Assembly (NCBI GenBank): GCA_947498315.1
Contig: CANMLD010000003.1
Span: forward strand, 429-64,428
Origin: Pseudomonadota bacterium
GTDB taxonomy: Bacteria > Myxococcota_A > UBA9042 > GCA-2863065
Length of the DNA: 64,000 bases
Direction of reading: 5' to 3'
Part shown: positions 17,604 through 29,045 of the stretch, one piece after another
Layout of the letters: each line of letters opens with the position of its first letter
Position numbering within the stretch: position 1 is the stretch's first letter
Made by a program: the position numbers and the translations under genes
The notes under the pieces: generated by a model
Databases searched by the model: none
Told to the model about the DNA's origin: nothing
The model's input: only the letters and a program-made list of their open reading frames with translations

Positions 17604-19745
17604 ATGTCGAATGCAGTGACCAGGTACAGTCGGTTTGCCGCGAGCGTGGGTCTGCTCATCTTCTCCGCGTGCGGCGGTGGTAGCGAAGACAGCGGCGGCG
17701 GCAGTGGAGGCTTCAACGTCTCTGACGACGGCGTCATTCAGGTATTCGTCGGGACGTCGCTGCTCAGCAATCCGAACGACGTACCTCCGCTCTCTTTCGA
17801 CAAGGGGGCTGTCTCTGTCGGCAGCTCTGCCGAAGGTCAGGTCCGTGTCCTGAACGTTGGCACCGGAGCGCTCAACATTCGGAAGGTTGCCTTCGGCTAC
17901 GAAGCTCCCGCTGAAGACGGCGGTGCGCCTGCGCTCCAGTTCGTCCGAGCGACGGCCTCGAGCGGTGACGTGACCGTGACGGGTGGCGAGCTCGAAGGCG
18001 TGCTTCTCGGGCCGGACGAAGAGCTCACGCTGTTCGTTAGATACACCCGCTTCGACGACGACATCGATCGCGTTGGTGGGCTCGTAATTGTGAGTGACAC
18101 GCTCGACGAGCGGTTCACTACCCTCACTATTCCAGTCCAAGTTGGCGGCGCCCTCCCCGTCGCCAACATCACTCCCCGCCTCGTCGACTTCCAGCAAGTC
18201 GCGGCAGGTGAGACCAAGACCCGTGAGATCACGATCTCCAACACGGGCGCGGCCGACCTCGAGATCCGCCAATTCAACTTCACTGGGCACCCGGACTTCC
18301 GCTTCCTGGCCTCGGCCGCGTCGGAGACCGTCGCGTACGAGCCGGATGGCGAGACCGTGACGTTCGACCCGCCCGTGTTGGTCAAGCCGCAGGCGGCCCT
18401 TAAGTTCAACGTCTCCTTCTCGCCGCAGGGCCCCGACCCCGCTGAAGGCGCCATCATCTTCTACACGAACGAGGCTACGCCGCAGCAGCAGGTCGATCTG
18501 ACCGGCAACGCGAATCGGCCTTGCATCCTCGTGACGCCGCAGACCGTGCAGTTCGGCGCCAAGCTCCTCGGTCAGCCGGCCGTTCTCCCGGTCGAGATCT
18601 CGTCTTGCGGTAACAAGGACCTCGAAGTCACGGGCATCGAGCTCAACGAGAACCCGACTGGCAACTACTCGCTCCAGTTCGCGGGGCTCCCGGGCGGCGT
18701 CGCGCCGTCGGCCGAAGCCAAGCTCACCATCCCGGTGAACCAGAAGGCGACCTTCAACGTCCAGTACATCCCGAACCGCGAGAACCCGATAGTCGATGGC
18801 AAGCCCGAGTTCGACACGGGCAACATCCTCATCACGTCGAACTCGTTCGAGGCCGAGGTGGATGTCGCCATTACCGGTATCGGCTCGAGCGTCGTGTGCC
18901 CGACCGCCGTCGGCAAGATCGCCGAGGGTGAGCAGGTCATCCCGCAGACGGTCCTCCACCTGTTCAGCGACCAGAGCTTCGCTCCCGCCGGCAGCAGCCT
19001 CGTCGAGCGCAAGTGGACGGTTCAGCAGCCGCCCGGGTCCGCGTCCGTGTTCGTGCCGTCGGACAAGTTTCCCAATCCGACCTTCGAGGCCAACGTCGCC
19101 GGGGCTTACAAGTTCAGCCTCGATGTCTGGGACAACAACAACGTCAAGAGCTGCGTCCCTTGGGAGTCGACGGTCCTGGTCATCCCCGACGAGGCCATCC
19201 ACGTCGAGCTCGTGTGGCGCACGCCGAACGACTCGGACGAGACCGACGAAGGCGCCGAAGCCGGCTCCGACGTCGATCTTCACTTCGTGCACACCAAGTA
19301 CGCGGTCGGCTCCGGATACGACGGGGACGGCGATGGCGTCGACGACCCGTGGTTCAACCAGCCCTTCGACTGCTTCTGGTTCACGCCGCAGCCGAACTGG
19401 GGCACGCTCGACCCGACGGCGGATGATGATCCGTCGCTTGATCGCGACGACACCGACGGCGCCGGCCCCGAGAACCTGAACCTCAACGTCCCGCAGAACG
19501 GCGCGGTCTACGGCGTTGGAGTTCACTACTGGTCGGATCATGAGTTCGGTGACGCTTACTGCACCGTTCGCATCTACATCTACTCGGAGCTCGTCGCCGA
19601 AGTGAAGGACGTCCGCCTGTCCAATCTGGACATGTGGGACGTTGCCACCATCGACTGGCCGTCCGCGAAGGTCACCTTCGTGCAGGGCGCTGGCGGGGCG
19701 TATAAGATCACCCCGAACTACCAGAACCCGAACTTCTCCGAGTGA
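17604..19745 (+). CDS. Lipoprotein with three ASH / choice-of-anchor-D-like Ig domains and a conserved ~300-aa C-terminal domain (713 aa); paralog 1
   Basis: ATG at 17604 with GGAGG 7 nt upstream. LLIFSACGGG lipobox. Ig-like repeats with the 'F..V.vG.t....i.I.NtG.a.L.i..i.ftG...F' signature. C-terminal domain (CPTAVGKIAEGEQVIPQT...PENLNL...VYGVGVHYWSD) is highly similar to the downstream paralog. Confidence 0.7.
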   Translation: MSNAVTRYSRFAASVGLLIFSACGGGSEDSGGGSGGFNVSDDGVIQVFVGTSLLSNPNDVPPLSFDKGAVSVGSSAEGQVRVLNVGTGALNIRKVAFGYEAPAEDGGAPALQFVRATASSGDVTVTGGELEGVLLGPDEELTLFVRYTRFDDDIDRVGGLVIVSDTLDERFTTLTIPVQVGGALPVANITPRLVDFQQVAAGETKTREITISNTGAADLEIRQFNFTGHPDFRFLASAASETVAYEPDGETVTFDPPVLVKPQAALKFNVSFSPQGPDPAEGAIIFYTNEATPQQQVDLTGNANRPCILVTPQTVQFGAKLLGQPAVLPVEISSCGNKDLEVTGIELNENPTGNYSLQFAGLPGGVAPSAEAKLTIPVNQKATFNVQYIPNRENPIVDGKPEFDTGNILITSNSFEAEVDVAITGIGSSVVCPTAVGKIAEGEQVIPQTVLHLFSDQSFAPAGSSLVERKWTVQQPPGSASVFVPSDKFPNPTFEANVAGAYKFSLDVWDNNNVKSCVPWESTVLVIPDEAIHVELVWRTPNDSDETDEGAEAGSDVDLHFVHTKYAVGSGYDGDGDGVDDPWFNQPFDCFWFTPQPNWGTLDPTADDDPSLDRDDTDGAGPENLNLNVPQNGAVYGVGVHYWSDHEFGDAYCTVRIYIYSELVAEVKDVRLSNLDMWDVATIDWPSAKVTFVQGAGGAYKITPNYQNPNFSE

Positions 19746-19752
19746 TGCGCGC

Positions 19753-19776
19753 GGCCCCGGGTTCACACCCGGGGCC
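19753..19776 (+). terminator. GC-rich hairpin (10-bp perfect stem ggccccgggt/acccggggcc, 4-nt loop) 8 nt after the paralog-1 stop; candidate intrinsic terminator without a U-tract
   Basis: Seen directly. Followed by an AT-richer segment (19983-20045) upstream of paralog 2. Confidence 0.45.
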
Positions 19777-20061
19777 TCTGCGGCGCTCCTCCCCCTCCCC
19801 GCACATCCTTCTTTAGCTGGTCTCGCCTTATGGCGAGGTTCGTTCGGTGCCAACCGGGGCACGCCGACCTCATGAGGGTCTGGCGCACAGCCACCATGAG
19901 GGGGCCTGTCGGCTCGGCAATCGTCGCCCGTGACGGATAGTGAGCGCCGCCTCCAAGACCTCTGTGCAAGCCGAGTGACGGCTTGTGTAATTCGAATACG
20001 TCAATGTCGTGACTGAATAGTTACGGCGCATGAGTATTCGTGCTCTCTGGAGGTCTAATCG

Positions 20062-22272
20062 ATGATTCGCCGTCTGTTCCTGCTGTTCTCGTTGATTCTG
20101 CTCGGACGGTCCTCTCTCTGGCTCGGCGCGTGTTTGCGTTCGTCCGGGGGACCCGTTTCGAGGGCGAAACGTCTCTCTTCTCCGCTTACGGGCTCGGTGC
20201 GTCCGAGCGACGTAGGCCCTGCTGCGTCTACATACTTGGGCGGTCTCTGGATCGTCCTGCTGGCTCTACTGGCTCTACCTCTGCTTGCCGGATGTGGCGG
20301 CGGTGGAGGGATCTCCGAGGTCGTCTCGGGGCAGATCACGCTCTCTCTTCGCGGCGTGCCCGTGCCGCTCTCGTCCATCCCGAACCTCGTGTTCAACCCG
20401 GGGGAGGTGGCGCCCGGCGAGGTGAGCTTTGCCGACGTTCGTCTTCAGAACGTCGCGCCGAGAGGTCTCCTCACCGTGGCGTCGATATCGCTCGTCCCAT
20501 CTTCAGCTACTGACTTCAGCCTCGTGGAGGTGCCCGCGTTGCCAGCGGCCCTGGGCGAGGAAGAGTCGATCCGCTTCCGCGTTCGATTCACCCGGCCGCT
20601 CGGTGATCAGGCAATAGCGCCCGCGGCTATCGTCATCGCGTCCGATACGCTCGAGGAACGCGACAGGGAGTTGATCATTCCGCTGGTGGCCGAAGCCACA
20701 GTCCCTGTACTTGCGGTGTCGCCGTCGCTCGTCGACTTCGACAAGGTGGCCGACGACGAGGTAGCGTCCCGGGAGATCCGTATTACGAATACCGGCGCGG
20801 CGGAGGCCGTCATCACCGGGCTGTCGTTTACGGGGCATCCGGACTTCCGACTCGTCACGGAGTTTTCCGACGAGGCGTCGTCGCTACTGCCGGACGACCA
20901 ACGTGACCCAACGCTGGCGAGTCCTTGGCGGATCGCTCCGCAGGCGCATCGTCTTGTTCGCGTCCTCTTTGCGCCGCTGAATCCGTCTCCTGCGACCGCT
21001 CAGATCGTGCTCTATGCCAACACGGCGGAAGGTCAGCATCAGGTTGACGTCATCGGCAACGCCAACCGGCCCTGCATCGAAGTCTCGCCTACGGTGGTCC
21101 AGTTCGGCCCCAAGCTGGTGGGTCAACCAGCGGTCTTGCCCATCGAGGTTCGGTCGTGCGGTAACCGAGACCTCACGGTGACGGGGATCGCCTTTGAGGA
21201 CAACGTCACGGGCAACTTCGAGCTTGGCTTCGCCGCACTACCGAACGGTGCGCCTTCGCCCGAGGTGCCGCTCCTCATCCCCATCAACGGTAAGGTGTCG
21301 CTCACTGTCAGCTACCTACCGAACGCCGAGAGCCTCGTGGACGGCGACGGGCTCGTGCCTGACGAGGCGCTCATCCGGGTCGAGTCGGACGCCTGGGAGC
21401 CTGAGACGTTTGTGCCGGTCACTGGCTTCGGGACCTCGACGTTGTGCCCGATCGCCGTCGGGTCCATCGCCGAGGGTGAACAGGTGATCCCGCAGACCAA
21501 GTTGCATCTCACCTCGGCTCAGAGCACCGCTCCGGGGCAGTCCATCGCAGAGTGGCGGTGGTCCGTCGTTCAACCCCCGGGATCGGCGTCCGTCTTCCAG
21601 CCAGCGATGACGACCCCCAGCGCGACCTTCGAAGCCAACGTTGCGGGCGCTTATCAGTTCAGTCTGGACGTTTGGAGCGAGGACGGCGTCAAGAGCTGCG
21701 TCCCTTGGCAGGCTACTGTCTTGGTCGTCCCGGACGAGGCGATCCACGTGGAGCTCACGTGGACCACTCCGAACGATCCGGATGAGACCGACGAGGGGGT
21801 GGAAGCGGGGACGGACCTCGATCTGCACTTCGTCCACATGAAGTACGCGGTGACGGAGCCGGGTGGTGATCCCTGGTTCAACATGCCCTTCGATGCGTAC
21901 TGGTTCAACCCGAACCCCAACTGGGGCACGTTGGCGCCGAACGTCCCCGACGATCCGAGCCTCGACCGCGATGACACCGATGGCGCTGGCCCCGAGAACC
22001 TGAACCTCGATCAGCCCCAGAACGGGGCTGTCTACGGCGTTGGGGTGCACTACTGGAGCGATAGCGGCTACGGCGAGTCGTTTGCAAGCGTCCGAATCTA
22101 CATCTTCGGCTCGCTGGTATTCGAAGCGGCCGGCGTCCCGATGTCGTCATGCGACCTCTGGGACGTCGCGCGGATCGAGTGGCCGTCGGGCAAAGTGACG
22201 CTCATGCAGGTCGCCTCTGGCGGCTACGCCACCTTCCCGGGCTACTCGAACGCGAACTTCCCCTGCCCGTGA
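20062..22272 (+). CDS. Lipoprotein, paralog 2 of the ASH/choice-of-anchor-D family (736 aa)
   Basis: ATG 20062 with GGAGG 8 nt upstream. LLALPLLAGCGGGGG lipobox. Same three Ig-like domains and conserved C-terminal domain as 17604..19745. Confidence 0.7.
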   Translation: MIRRLFLLFSLILLGRSSLWLGACLRSSGGPVSRAKRLSSPLTGSVRPSDVGPAASTYLGGLWIVLLALLALPLLAGCGGGGGISEVVSGQITLSLRGVPVPLSSIPNLVFNPGEVAPGEVSFADVRLQNVAPRGLLTVASISLVPSSATDFSLVEVPALPAALGEEESIRFRVRFTRPLGDQAIAPAAIVIASDTLEERDRELIIPLVAEATVPVLAVSPSLVDFDKVADDEVASREIRITNTGAAEAVITGLSFTGHPDFRLVTEFSDEASSLLPDDQRDPTLASPWRIAPQAHRLVRVLFAPLNPSPATAQIVLYANTAEGQHQVDVIGNANRPCIEVSPTVVQFGPKLVGQPAVLPIEVRSCGNRDLTVTGIAFEDNVTGNFELGFAALPNGAPSPEVPLLIPINGKVSLTVSYLPNAESLVDGDGLVPDEALIRVESDAWEPETFVPVTGFGTSTLCPIAVGSIAEGEQVIPQTKLHLTSAQSTAPGQSIAEWRWSVVQPPGSASVFQPAMTTPSATFEANVAGAYQFSLDVWSEDGVKSCVPWQATVLVVPDEAIHVELTWTTPNDPDETDEGVEAGTDLDLHFVHMKYAVTEPGGDPWFNMPFDAYWFNPNPNWGTLAPNVPDDPSLDRDDTDGAGPENLNLDQPQNGAVYGVGVHYWSDSGYGESFASVRIYIFGSLVFEAAGVPMSSCDLWDVARIEWPSGKVTLMQVASGGYATFPGYSNANFPCP

Positions 22273-22393
22273 CCTCATCCATGGCCCGCGCTCGGTCGGT
22301 CACTGCGTCCGAATCGGGCGCGGGAGCCCATCTGCTCCCCAGAGCCGGGAGTACCGAAGGCCTTGACTTTCCGGGGGCTCTCGCTACCCTCCG

Positions 22394-22418
22394 AACTCGG
22401 ACCTGTTTGGTCCGAGTT
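22394..22418. promoter_or_regulatory. Perfect 10-bp inverted repeat (aactcggacc-N5-ggtccgagtt) ~130 nt upstream of sufB; candidate operator or 5'-UTR hairpin
   Basis: Seen directly. No regulator gene is in the window to pair it with. Confidence 0.3.
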
Positions 22419-22546
22419 TGATTGGGTCTCTCTAGCCGACCATTCGCAACGTTTCTTCGAGGCCGGCATCTTTGGCCATGAGCGACGCGGCGTCAACGCT
22501 CGACTAGCGAAGGGCAGCCCTTCGAGGGCGCTCCGGGGTGGTTTCA

Positions 22547-23988
<1,442 letters not shown>

Positions 23989-23992
<4 letters not shown>

Positions 23993-24738
23993 ACCTCCTC
24001 GAGATCGATGACCTGCACGTCACCGTCGGCGAGACGCCGATCCTCGTCGGATTGAACCTGCGAATCCCGGCTGGCGAAGTCCACGCCGTCATGGGACCCA
24101 ACGGTGCCGGCAAGAGCACCCTCTCGTATGCCGTCGCGGGCCGTGAAGGCTATGACGTCACGAAGGGCGACATTCGGCTCGGCGGGGAGTCGCTGCTGGC
24201 GCTCGGGCCGGATGAGCGGGCGCGCCGCGGGGTCTTTCTGGCCTTTCAGTACCCGGTAGAGGTGCCTGGCGTTCGCAGTAAGCCCTTCCTCCGCGCCGCC
24301 GTGAACGCGGTCCGGAAGGCCCGTGGTCAGGCCGAGCTCGACCCTGGCGCCTTCCTCAAGTTCTTGCGCAAGACGCTGGAGTCCGTGCGCCTCGACGAGG
24401 CCCTCACGAACCGCGACCTCAACTCCGGCTTCTCCGGTGGTGAGAAGAAACGCTTTGATATCCTACAGATGGCGCTGCTCGAGCCGCGTTTCTGCATCCT
24501 CGACGAGACCGACTCCGGCCTCGACATCGACGCCATGCGGGTGGTCGCTGACGGCGTGAACGCCATGCGCACGCCGGAACGGTCCATGCTCGTCATCACG
24601 CACTACCAGCGGTTGCTCGACTACATCGTGCCTGACGTCGTCCACGTCCTGAAGGATGGGCGCATCATGCGCTCGGGTGACAAGAGCCTCGTCGCTGAGC
24701 TGGAAGCGCGCGGCTACGAGTGGGTGACGTCGCCGTGA
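23989..24738 (+). CDS. sufC: Fe-S cluster assembly ATPase SufC
   Basis: Walker [10 protein letters not shown]. SufC-type N-terminus [14 protein letters not shown] signature SGGEKKR. Overlaps the sufB stop. Confidence 0.9.
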
Positions 24739-26045
24739 GCTCACTGTTCACGCCGCTGCCAACGCCGGCCACGGTGCCGGGCTGGCTCACGATCCGGCTC
24801 GAGCGTGCGGCCCTGCGACTGACTGACGTCGGGGCCCCGACGACCGCTCGTGAAGATTGGCGCTACACGCGGCTCGGCAGTAGGGCGCCCCTGTCGGCAC
24901 GCCCGCTCCCCACGGCCCGACTGGCGACGCCGTCGGCACGGATCGAGCTTACTGACGGCCAATGGGATACGGAGCGGTCGTGTGTACCTGCCGCTTTGGT
25001 GGTGACGACGCTCGCGGACGCCGTAGCGCGCGAGCTACCCGGCATCACGATGCTCGGCGGCATCGCGGACGCCGATGAGCCGTCGCTACTCAGCTCGCTC
25101 AGCGCGTTTGCGGGTGGACTCTACGTTCACATACCGGCAGGTCGCCCCGAGGGTGGGGCCGTCCCACTCATCGAGCTCGTCGTCTCGGCGACTCGCGCCG
25201 GATCGCTTCATCAGCGTGTGCTCTTCGTGGTCGATGCAGGGGCGCAGGTCTGCATCGTCGAACGGCACCAGGGCCATCCCGGGGCTGAGCGGCTCGCGGT
25301 CACCGAGGTGGCGGTTGGGGCCGGGGCGACGGTCGATCACGTCCGCCTCGGCCTCTCGGGCTGGACCGGCGCGGAGACCACCGCGGCCGCGGGCCTCGAT
25401 CTTGGGACCGTCGCCGCGACCATCGCCGCAGGCGGTCGATTCCACTCACATATCGTCTCGCTTGGTGTCGGCACGACTCGCACAGCGGTCCATGCCACGT
25501 TGCATGGGGCGGGCGCCCACGCGGCGCTGCGGGCGCTCTCGGCGACGCCGGCCGGCTGTAGCCACGACTACTATTCGGTCATCGACCACGCCGTGCCAGG
25601 CGCGACGTCGGCCCAAACGACCAAGGGCCTCATCGCCGACGGCGGCGTGGCCAGCGTCGTCGCGCGAGTCCTCATCGGTAGGGGGGCGGTGGGATCGTCG
25701 ACCACTCAGTCCCTCAAAGCGTTGCTCCTCGGGGCGTCCGCGAAGGCGAACCTCAAACCGCAGCTCGAGATCGACAACGACGCGGTCAAGGCGGCCCACG
25801 GCGCCGCGGTCGGGCGGCTCGATCCACTGCAGCTCTTCTTTCTGCAAGCACGCGGGCTCGATTCTGCCACGGCCAGAGCGTTGCTCATCGCCGGTTTCGT
25901 TCAGGAAGTCGCGGACACCATCCCCAATGTAGCGCTCGCGAGTGAGGTGGTTCACTACGTCCTCGGTGGGCTCGGACTTCCGTCCGGAATCGGCTCTGAC
26001 GACCTCGGCTCTGACGACCTCGGCTCGGATGTGGAGCCATCATGA
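24720..26045 (+). CDS. sufD: Fe-S cluster assembly protein SufD
   Basis: Position between sufC and sufS. SufB/D-like C-terminal beta-helix region. GTG start overlapping the sufC end. Confidence 0.75.
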   Translation: MGDVAVSSLFTPLPTPATVPGWLTIRLERAALRLTDVGAPTTAREDWRYTRLGSRAPLSARPLPTARLATPSARIELTDGQWDTERSCVPAALVVTTLADAVARELPGITMLGGIADADEPSLLSSLSAFAGGLYVHIPAGRPEGGAVPLIELVVSATRAGSLHQRVLFVVDAGAQVCIVERHQGHPGAERLAVTEVAVGAGATVDHVRLGLSGWTGAETTAAAGLDLGTVAATIAAGGRFHSHIVSLGVGTTRTAVHATLHGAGAHAALRALSATPAGCSHDYYSVIDHAVPGATSAQTTKGLIADGGVASVVARVLIGRGAVGSSTTQSLKALLLGASAKANLKPQLEIDNDAVKAAHGAAVGRLDPLQLFFLQARGLDSATARALLIAGFVQEVADTIPNVALASEVVHYVLGGLGLPSGIGSDDLGSDDLGSDVEPS

Positions 26046-27271
26046 GCTTCGACGTCGACGCGGTCCGAGCGGAGTTCCCGGCCCTGGCGCTCACGGTTGG
26101 GGAGGGCTCGCGCGTTCGACCCTTGATCTACCTCGACAGCGCCGCGACGTCGCAGAAGCCCCAGAGAGTCCTCGACGCCTACATCGACTTCTACCGACAT
26201 TCGAACGCGAACGTTCATCGCGGGGCCCACCTGCTCGCGACGCGCGCCACTGACGCCTACGAGGGCGCGCGTGAGATCGTACGCCGGATGGTCGGTGCCC
26301 GTTACACGAGTGAGATTGTGTTCACTCGTGGCACGACGGAGAGCATCAACCTCGTCGCCAACACCTTGGGAGGGCAGGTGCGTGCCGGTGACAACATCGT
26401 CATCACGGCGCTGGAGCACCACTCGAACCTCGTGCCATGGCAGATGCTCTGCAAACGCATGGGAGCGAGCCTGCGGGTCGCGCCGGTGGAAGACGACGGC
26501 ACGTTGTCCGTCGCTCGTTTCGCTGAGCTCGTCGACGGTCGGACGCGCATTTGCGCCTTCAGTCACGTCTCGAACGCGCTAGGTACGGTCTTGCCCGTCG
26601 CCGAGCTGGTCGCAGTCGCGCGCGAGCATGGCGCGCTCACGGTGGTCGATGGGGCGCAGGCGATGTCGCACTTTGCGCCGAACGTCCAAGCGCTGGGCGT
26701 CGACTTCTACGCCTTCAGTGGCCACAAAGTCTTCGCACCCACCGGCATCGGTGTCCTCTATGGGCGACGCGAGCTACTCGACGCCATGCCGCCCTGGCAC
26801 GGTGGCGGCGAGATGGTAGACACCGTCACCTTCGAGGAGACGACGTGGGCCCCTCCGCCGATGCGCTTCGAAGCGGGGACACCGAACTTCGCGGGGGCCT
26901 TCGCCCTCGGCGTGGCGCTCGCGTGGTTAGAGGCGCTCGACCGGCCGGCCGTCGAGGCGCACGAACGTGCTCTCGTCGAGGCGATCACCGAGCGGGTGGC
27001 CCCGATCCCAGGCCTGCGAATCATTGGGACAGCACCCGGCAAGGTGGGGGTCTTGACGTTCGACATCGCTGGGATTCACGCCCACGACATCGGGACCTTA
27101 CTCGACCAACAGGGCATCGCCATCCGCACGGGGACCCACTGTACGCAGCCTTTGCTAGCCCGCTTTGGCCTCAAAGCCACCGCGCGTGCGTCTCTTGCGC
27201 TGTATAATACCTTAGATGACATAGAACGATTCGGAGACGCTCTCGAGCGGGCGTCGAGGATGCTTAGATGA
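26042..27271 (+). CDS. sufS: Cysteine desulfurase SufS (class V aminotransferase)
   Basis: N-terminus FPAL...IYLDSAATSQKP, HRGAHLLATRATDAYEGAR. PLP lysine region SGHK. ATGA overlap with sufD. Confidence 0.9.
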   Translation: MSFDVDAVRAEFPALALTVGEGSRVRPLIYLDSAATSQKPQRVLDAYIDFYRHSNANVHRGAHLLATRATDAYEGAREIVRRMVGARYTSEIVFTRGTTESINLVANTLGGQVRAGDNIVITALEHHSNLVPWQMLCKRMGASLRVAPVEDDGTLSVARFAELVDGRTRICAFSHVSNALGTVLPVAELVAVAREHGALTVVDGAQAMSHFAPNVQALGVDFYAFSGHKVFAPTGIGVLYGRRELLDAMPPWHGGGEMVDTVTFEETTWAPPPMRFEAGTPNFAGAFALGVALAWLEALDRPAVEAHERALVEAITERVAPIPGLRIIGTAPGKVGVLTFDIAGIHAHDIGTLLDQQGIAIRTGTHCTQPLLARFGLKATARASLALYNTLDDIERFGDALERASRMLR

Positions 27272-27774
27272 CGTTGCTACCTGCCAACACGCTGGCCATC
27301 TCGAGCGATCCCATCGTAGCGTTGCCCATGGGTGTGCCAAGCGTAGAAGAGACGGCGACGTCGTCCACGGACGCGACCAGCGTGGAGGCGACGTCGACCG
27401 CAACGTCGACCGCGTCGGAGCCCCTAACGGCGGTCGACGCGCGTTATCCGGACGAGACGACGCCGAACACTGCAGAGGCTATTCACGACGCGATCGTAGA
27501 GGGCTTCAAGACCATCTATGACCCCGAGATCCCGGTCGACATCTGGCAGCTCGGTCTCATCTACGGCATCGAGGTGAGTGAAGACCGCACCGTCTATGTC
27601 CGCATGACGCTCACCTCGCCCATGTGCCCAACGGCGCAGTCGCTCGTCGGTCAGGTGGAGCTCGCGGCCCGCGAAGCGCCCCACGTCAAAGACGCGACGG
27701 TCGAGCTCGTTTGGGAGCCGCCGTGGACCATGGACAACATGTCGGAAGAGGCCCGGTTGCTCCTGGGCTTTTAG
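27268..27774 (+). CDS. sufT: DUF59/MIP18-family Fe-S assembly protein (SufT-like) with a low-complexity N-terminal extension
   Basis: C-terminal IYDPEIPVDIWQLGLIY..V...V.MTLTSPMCP is the DUF59 signature. Overlaps the sufS stop. Confidence 0.7.
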   Translation: MTLLPANTLAISSDPIVALPMGVPSVEETATSSTDATSVEATSTATSTASEPLTAVDARYPDETTPNTAEAIHDAIVEGFKTIYDPEIPVDIWQLGLIYGIEVSEDRTVYVRMTLTSPMCPTAQSLVGQVELAAREAPHVKDATVELVWEPPWTMDNMSEEARLLLGF

Positions 27775-27779
27775 GAGGC

Positions 27780-27982
27780 CGCTAATTTTTTCCCGTCGCA
27801 TGCCTTCGCGCTTCCCCACGGGGGCGGTGTCAGATGTCTGCGGTACGTCCTCACGTAGCTTTGGCTACGCTCCGGGCGTTTCTCCCGGGGGGGGCGGGGG
27901 GGTGTCCCCCGCCGGCAAGCGCAAGAACAGGCTTCTGTGCCCCCGTGGGGAATCGCTTCGGCCTGCTCGGTCCGAAAATCAG
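27780..27982 (+). repeat. Copy B of the ~200-bp interspersed repeat (same orientation as copy A), immediately 3' of the suf operon
   Basis: Termini gctaattttt... / ...ccgaaaatcagc form an imperfect ~10-bp terminal inverted repeat. Internal G/C-run hairpins. The listed ORF 27800..28066 across it is mirrored by ORF 17230..17421 in copy A, i.e. it is repeat sequence, not a gene. Confidence 0.6.
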
Positions 27983-28031
27983 CGGACTCCTAGGCGGTCC
28001 GGTTCAGCGTCATCAGGTCGCGTTGGCTCCA

Positions 28032-29045
28032 TCAACGTCCTCGAAGTGCTTCCGCCAACCTCCTGACCGTGAGCGGCGCGCTGCCCTCGGCCTTGTTGTC
28101 GATGGCGACGGTCACTTCCGGGGAGCCGGCCGCGACGGCGTTGGCGATGGTAGCCGCGGTCTCCGCGATGAGCGCCGGCTGGGGTGACTGTATCTGGTCG
28201 TAGGGGTCGTAGAGCTTCTCTGCGGCCTCGTGGTCGAGTGTGCCGGAGCGTAGCCACCGAATGAGCAATGGGGCGTCCGGCGGGGTCCCGTGGGTCTCGA
28301 GAGCGGCGACCTGTTCGCTCGGACCGGGCATCTCCGGCAGGAGGTTCGTGCAGTGGATCGCGCCGGTGGCCAGGAGTGCGGCGACGTAGTCTGGGCCAAG
28401 AAGCGCGGCATCACGGAGCTCGACTGCGACGCGGCCGTGGGGCCGGACGGTCTCGAGGAAGCGCTGCAGTCGTTCGGCGAAACGCGCGGGGCCGCCAGCG
28501 GCTTTGCCCATCGGAGAGAGCTGGAGGAGGTGGACGGTCCCCGGACCGAGGCCGGCTTCTGCCGGTGCGATCCAGCCGGAGATGGCGAGCTCGGCGTTCA
28601 AGAAGTGCGGGTTCCTGCCGCTACGGCTCCAGGGGAGCGTTATGTCCTTGCCGATCTTCACCAGATAGCGTGCCGGACTCGGGCGGGCGGCGGCCTCTAC
28701 CTGCTGCCGGTAGCTGACGAAATCGCCTTCGGGCACAGGGGCATAGTAGCTGCGGTCGATGCCGACAGCGCCCAGGAGGGGGTGACTCGCGTAAGCCGTC
28801 AGGCCGCGCCATGCGAGCTCGGAGGTGGTCGCGACGCGCCCACTGAGCGGGGCGTAGACGGTGCCGGTCCAACCGGGGTAGGACCATGAGGACGTACCAA
28901 AGCGAACGGGCGGCGGGGTGTTCGTCGCCAGAAGGGTCAATTCAGTCGACGGCGGTGCAGCGGGCACCCACTCCGGAGTCGGCGTGTCAAAGAGTGGCAG
29001 TTGAGGCTGTAGTGGCTTCGTTCTGCGCCTCATAGCGAAGGGCAT
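28032..29045 (-). CDS. DUF72 (YecE-like) family protein
   Basis: Hallmark FGTSSWSYPGW motif. An alternative start at 29033 would overlap the upstream stop as ATGA. Confidence 0.7.
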   Translation of the reverse strand: MPFAMRRRTKPLQPQLPLFDTPTPEWVPAAPPSTELTLLATNTPPPVRFGTSSWSYPGWTGTVYAPLSGRVATTSELAWRGLTAYASHPLLGAVGIDRSYYAPVPEGDFVSYRQQVEAAARPSPARYLVKIGKDITLPWSRSGRNPHFLNAELAISGWIAPAEAGLGPGTVHLLQLSPMGKAAGGPARFAERLQRFLETVRPHGRVAVELRDAALLGPDYVAALLATGAIHCTNLLPEMPGPSEQVAALETHGTPPDAPLLIRWLRSGTLDHEAAEKLYDPYDQIQSPQPALIAETAATIANAVAAGSPEVTVAIDNKAEGSAPLTVRRLAEALRGR

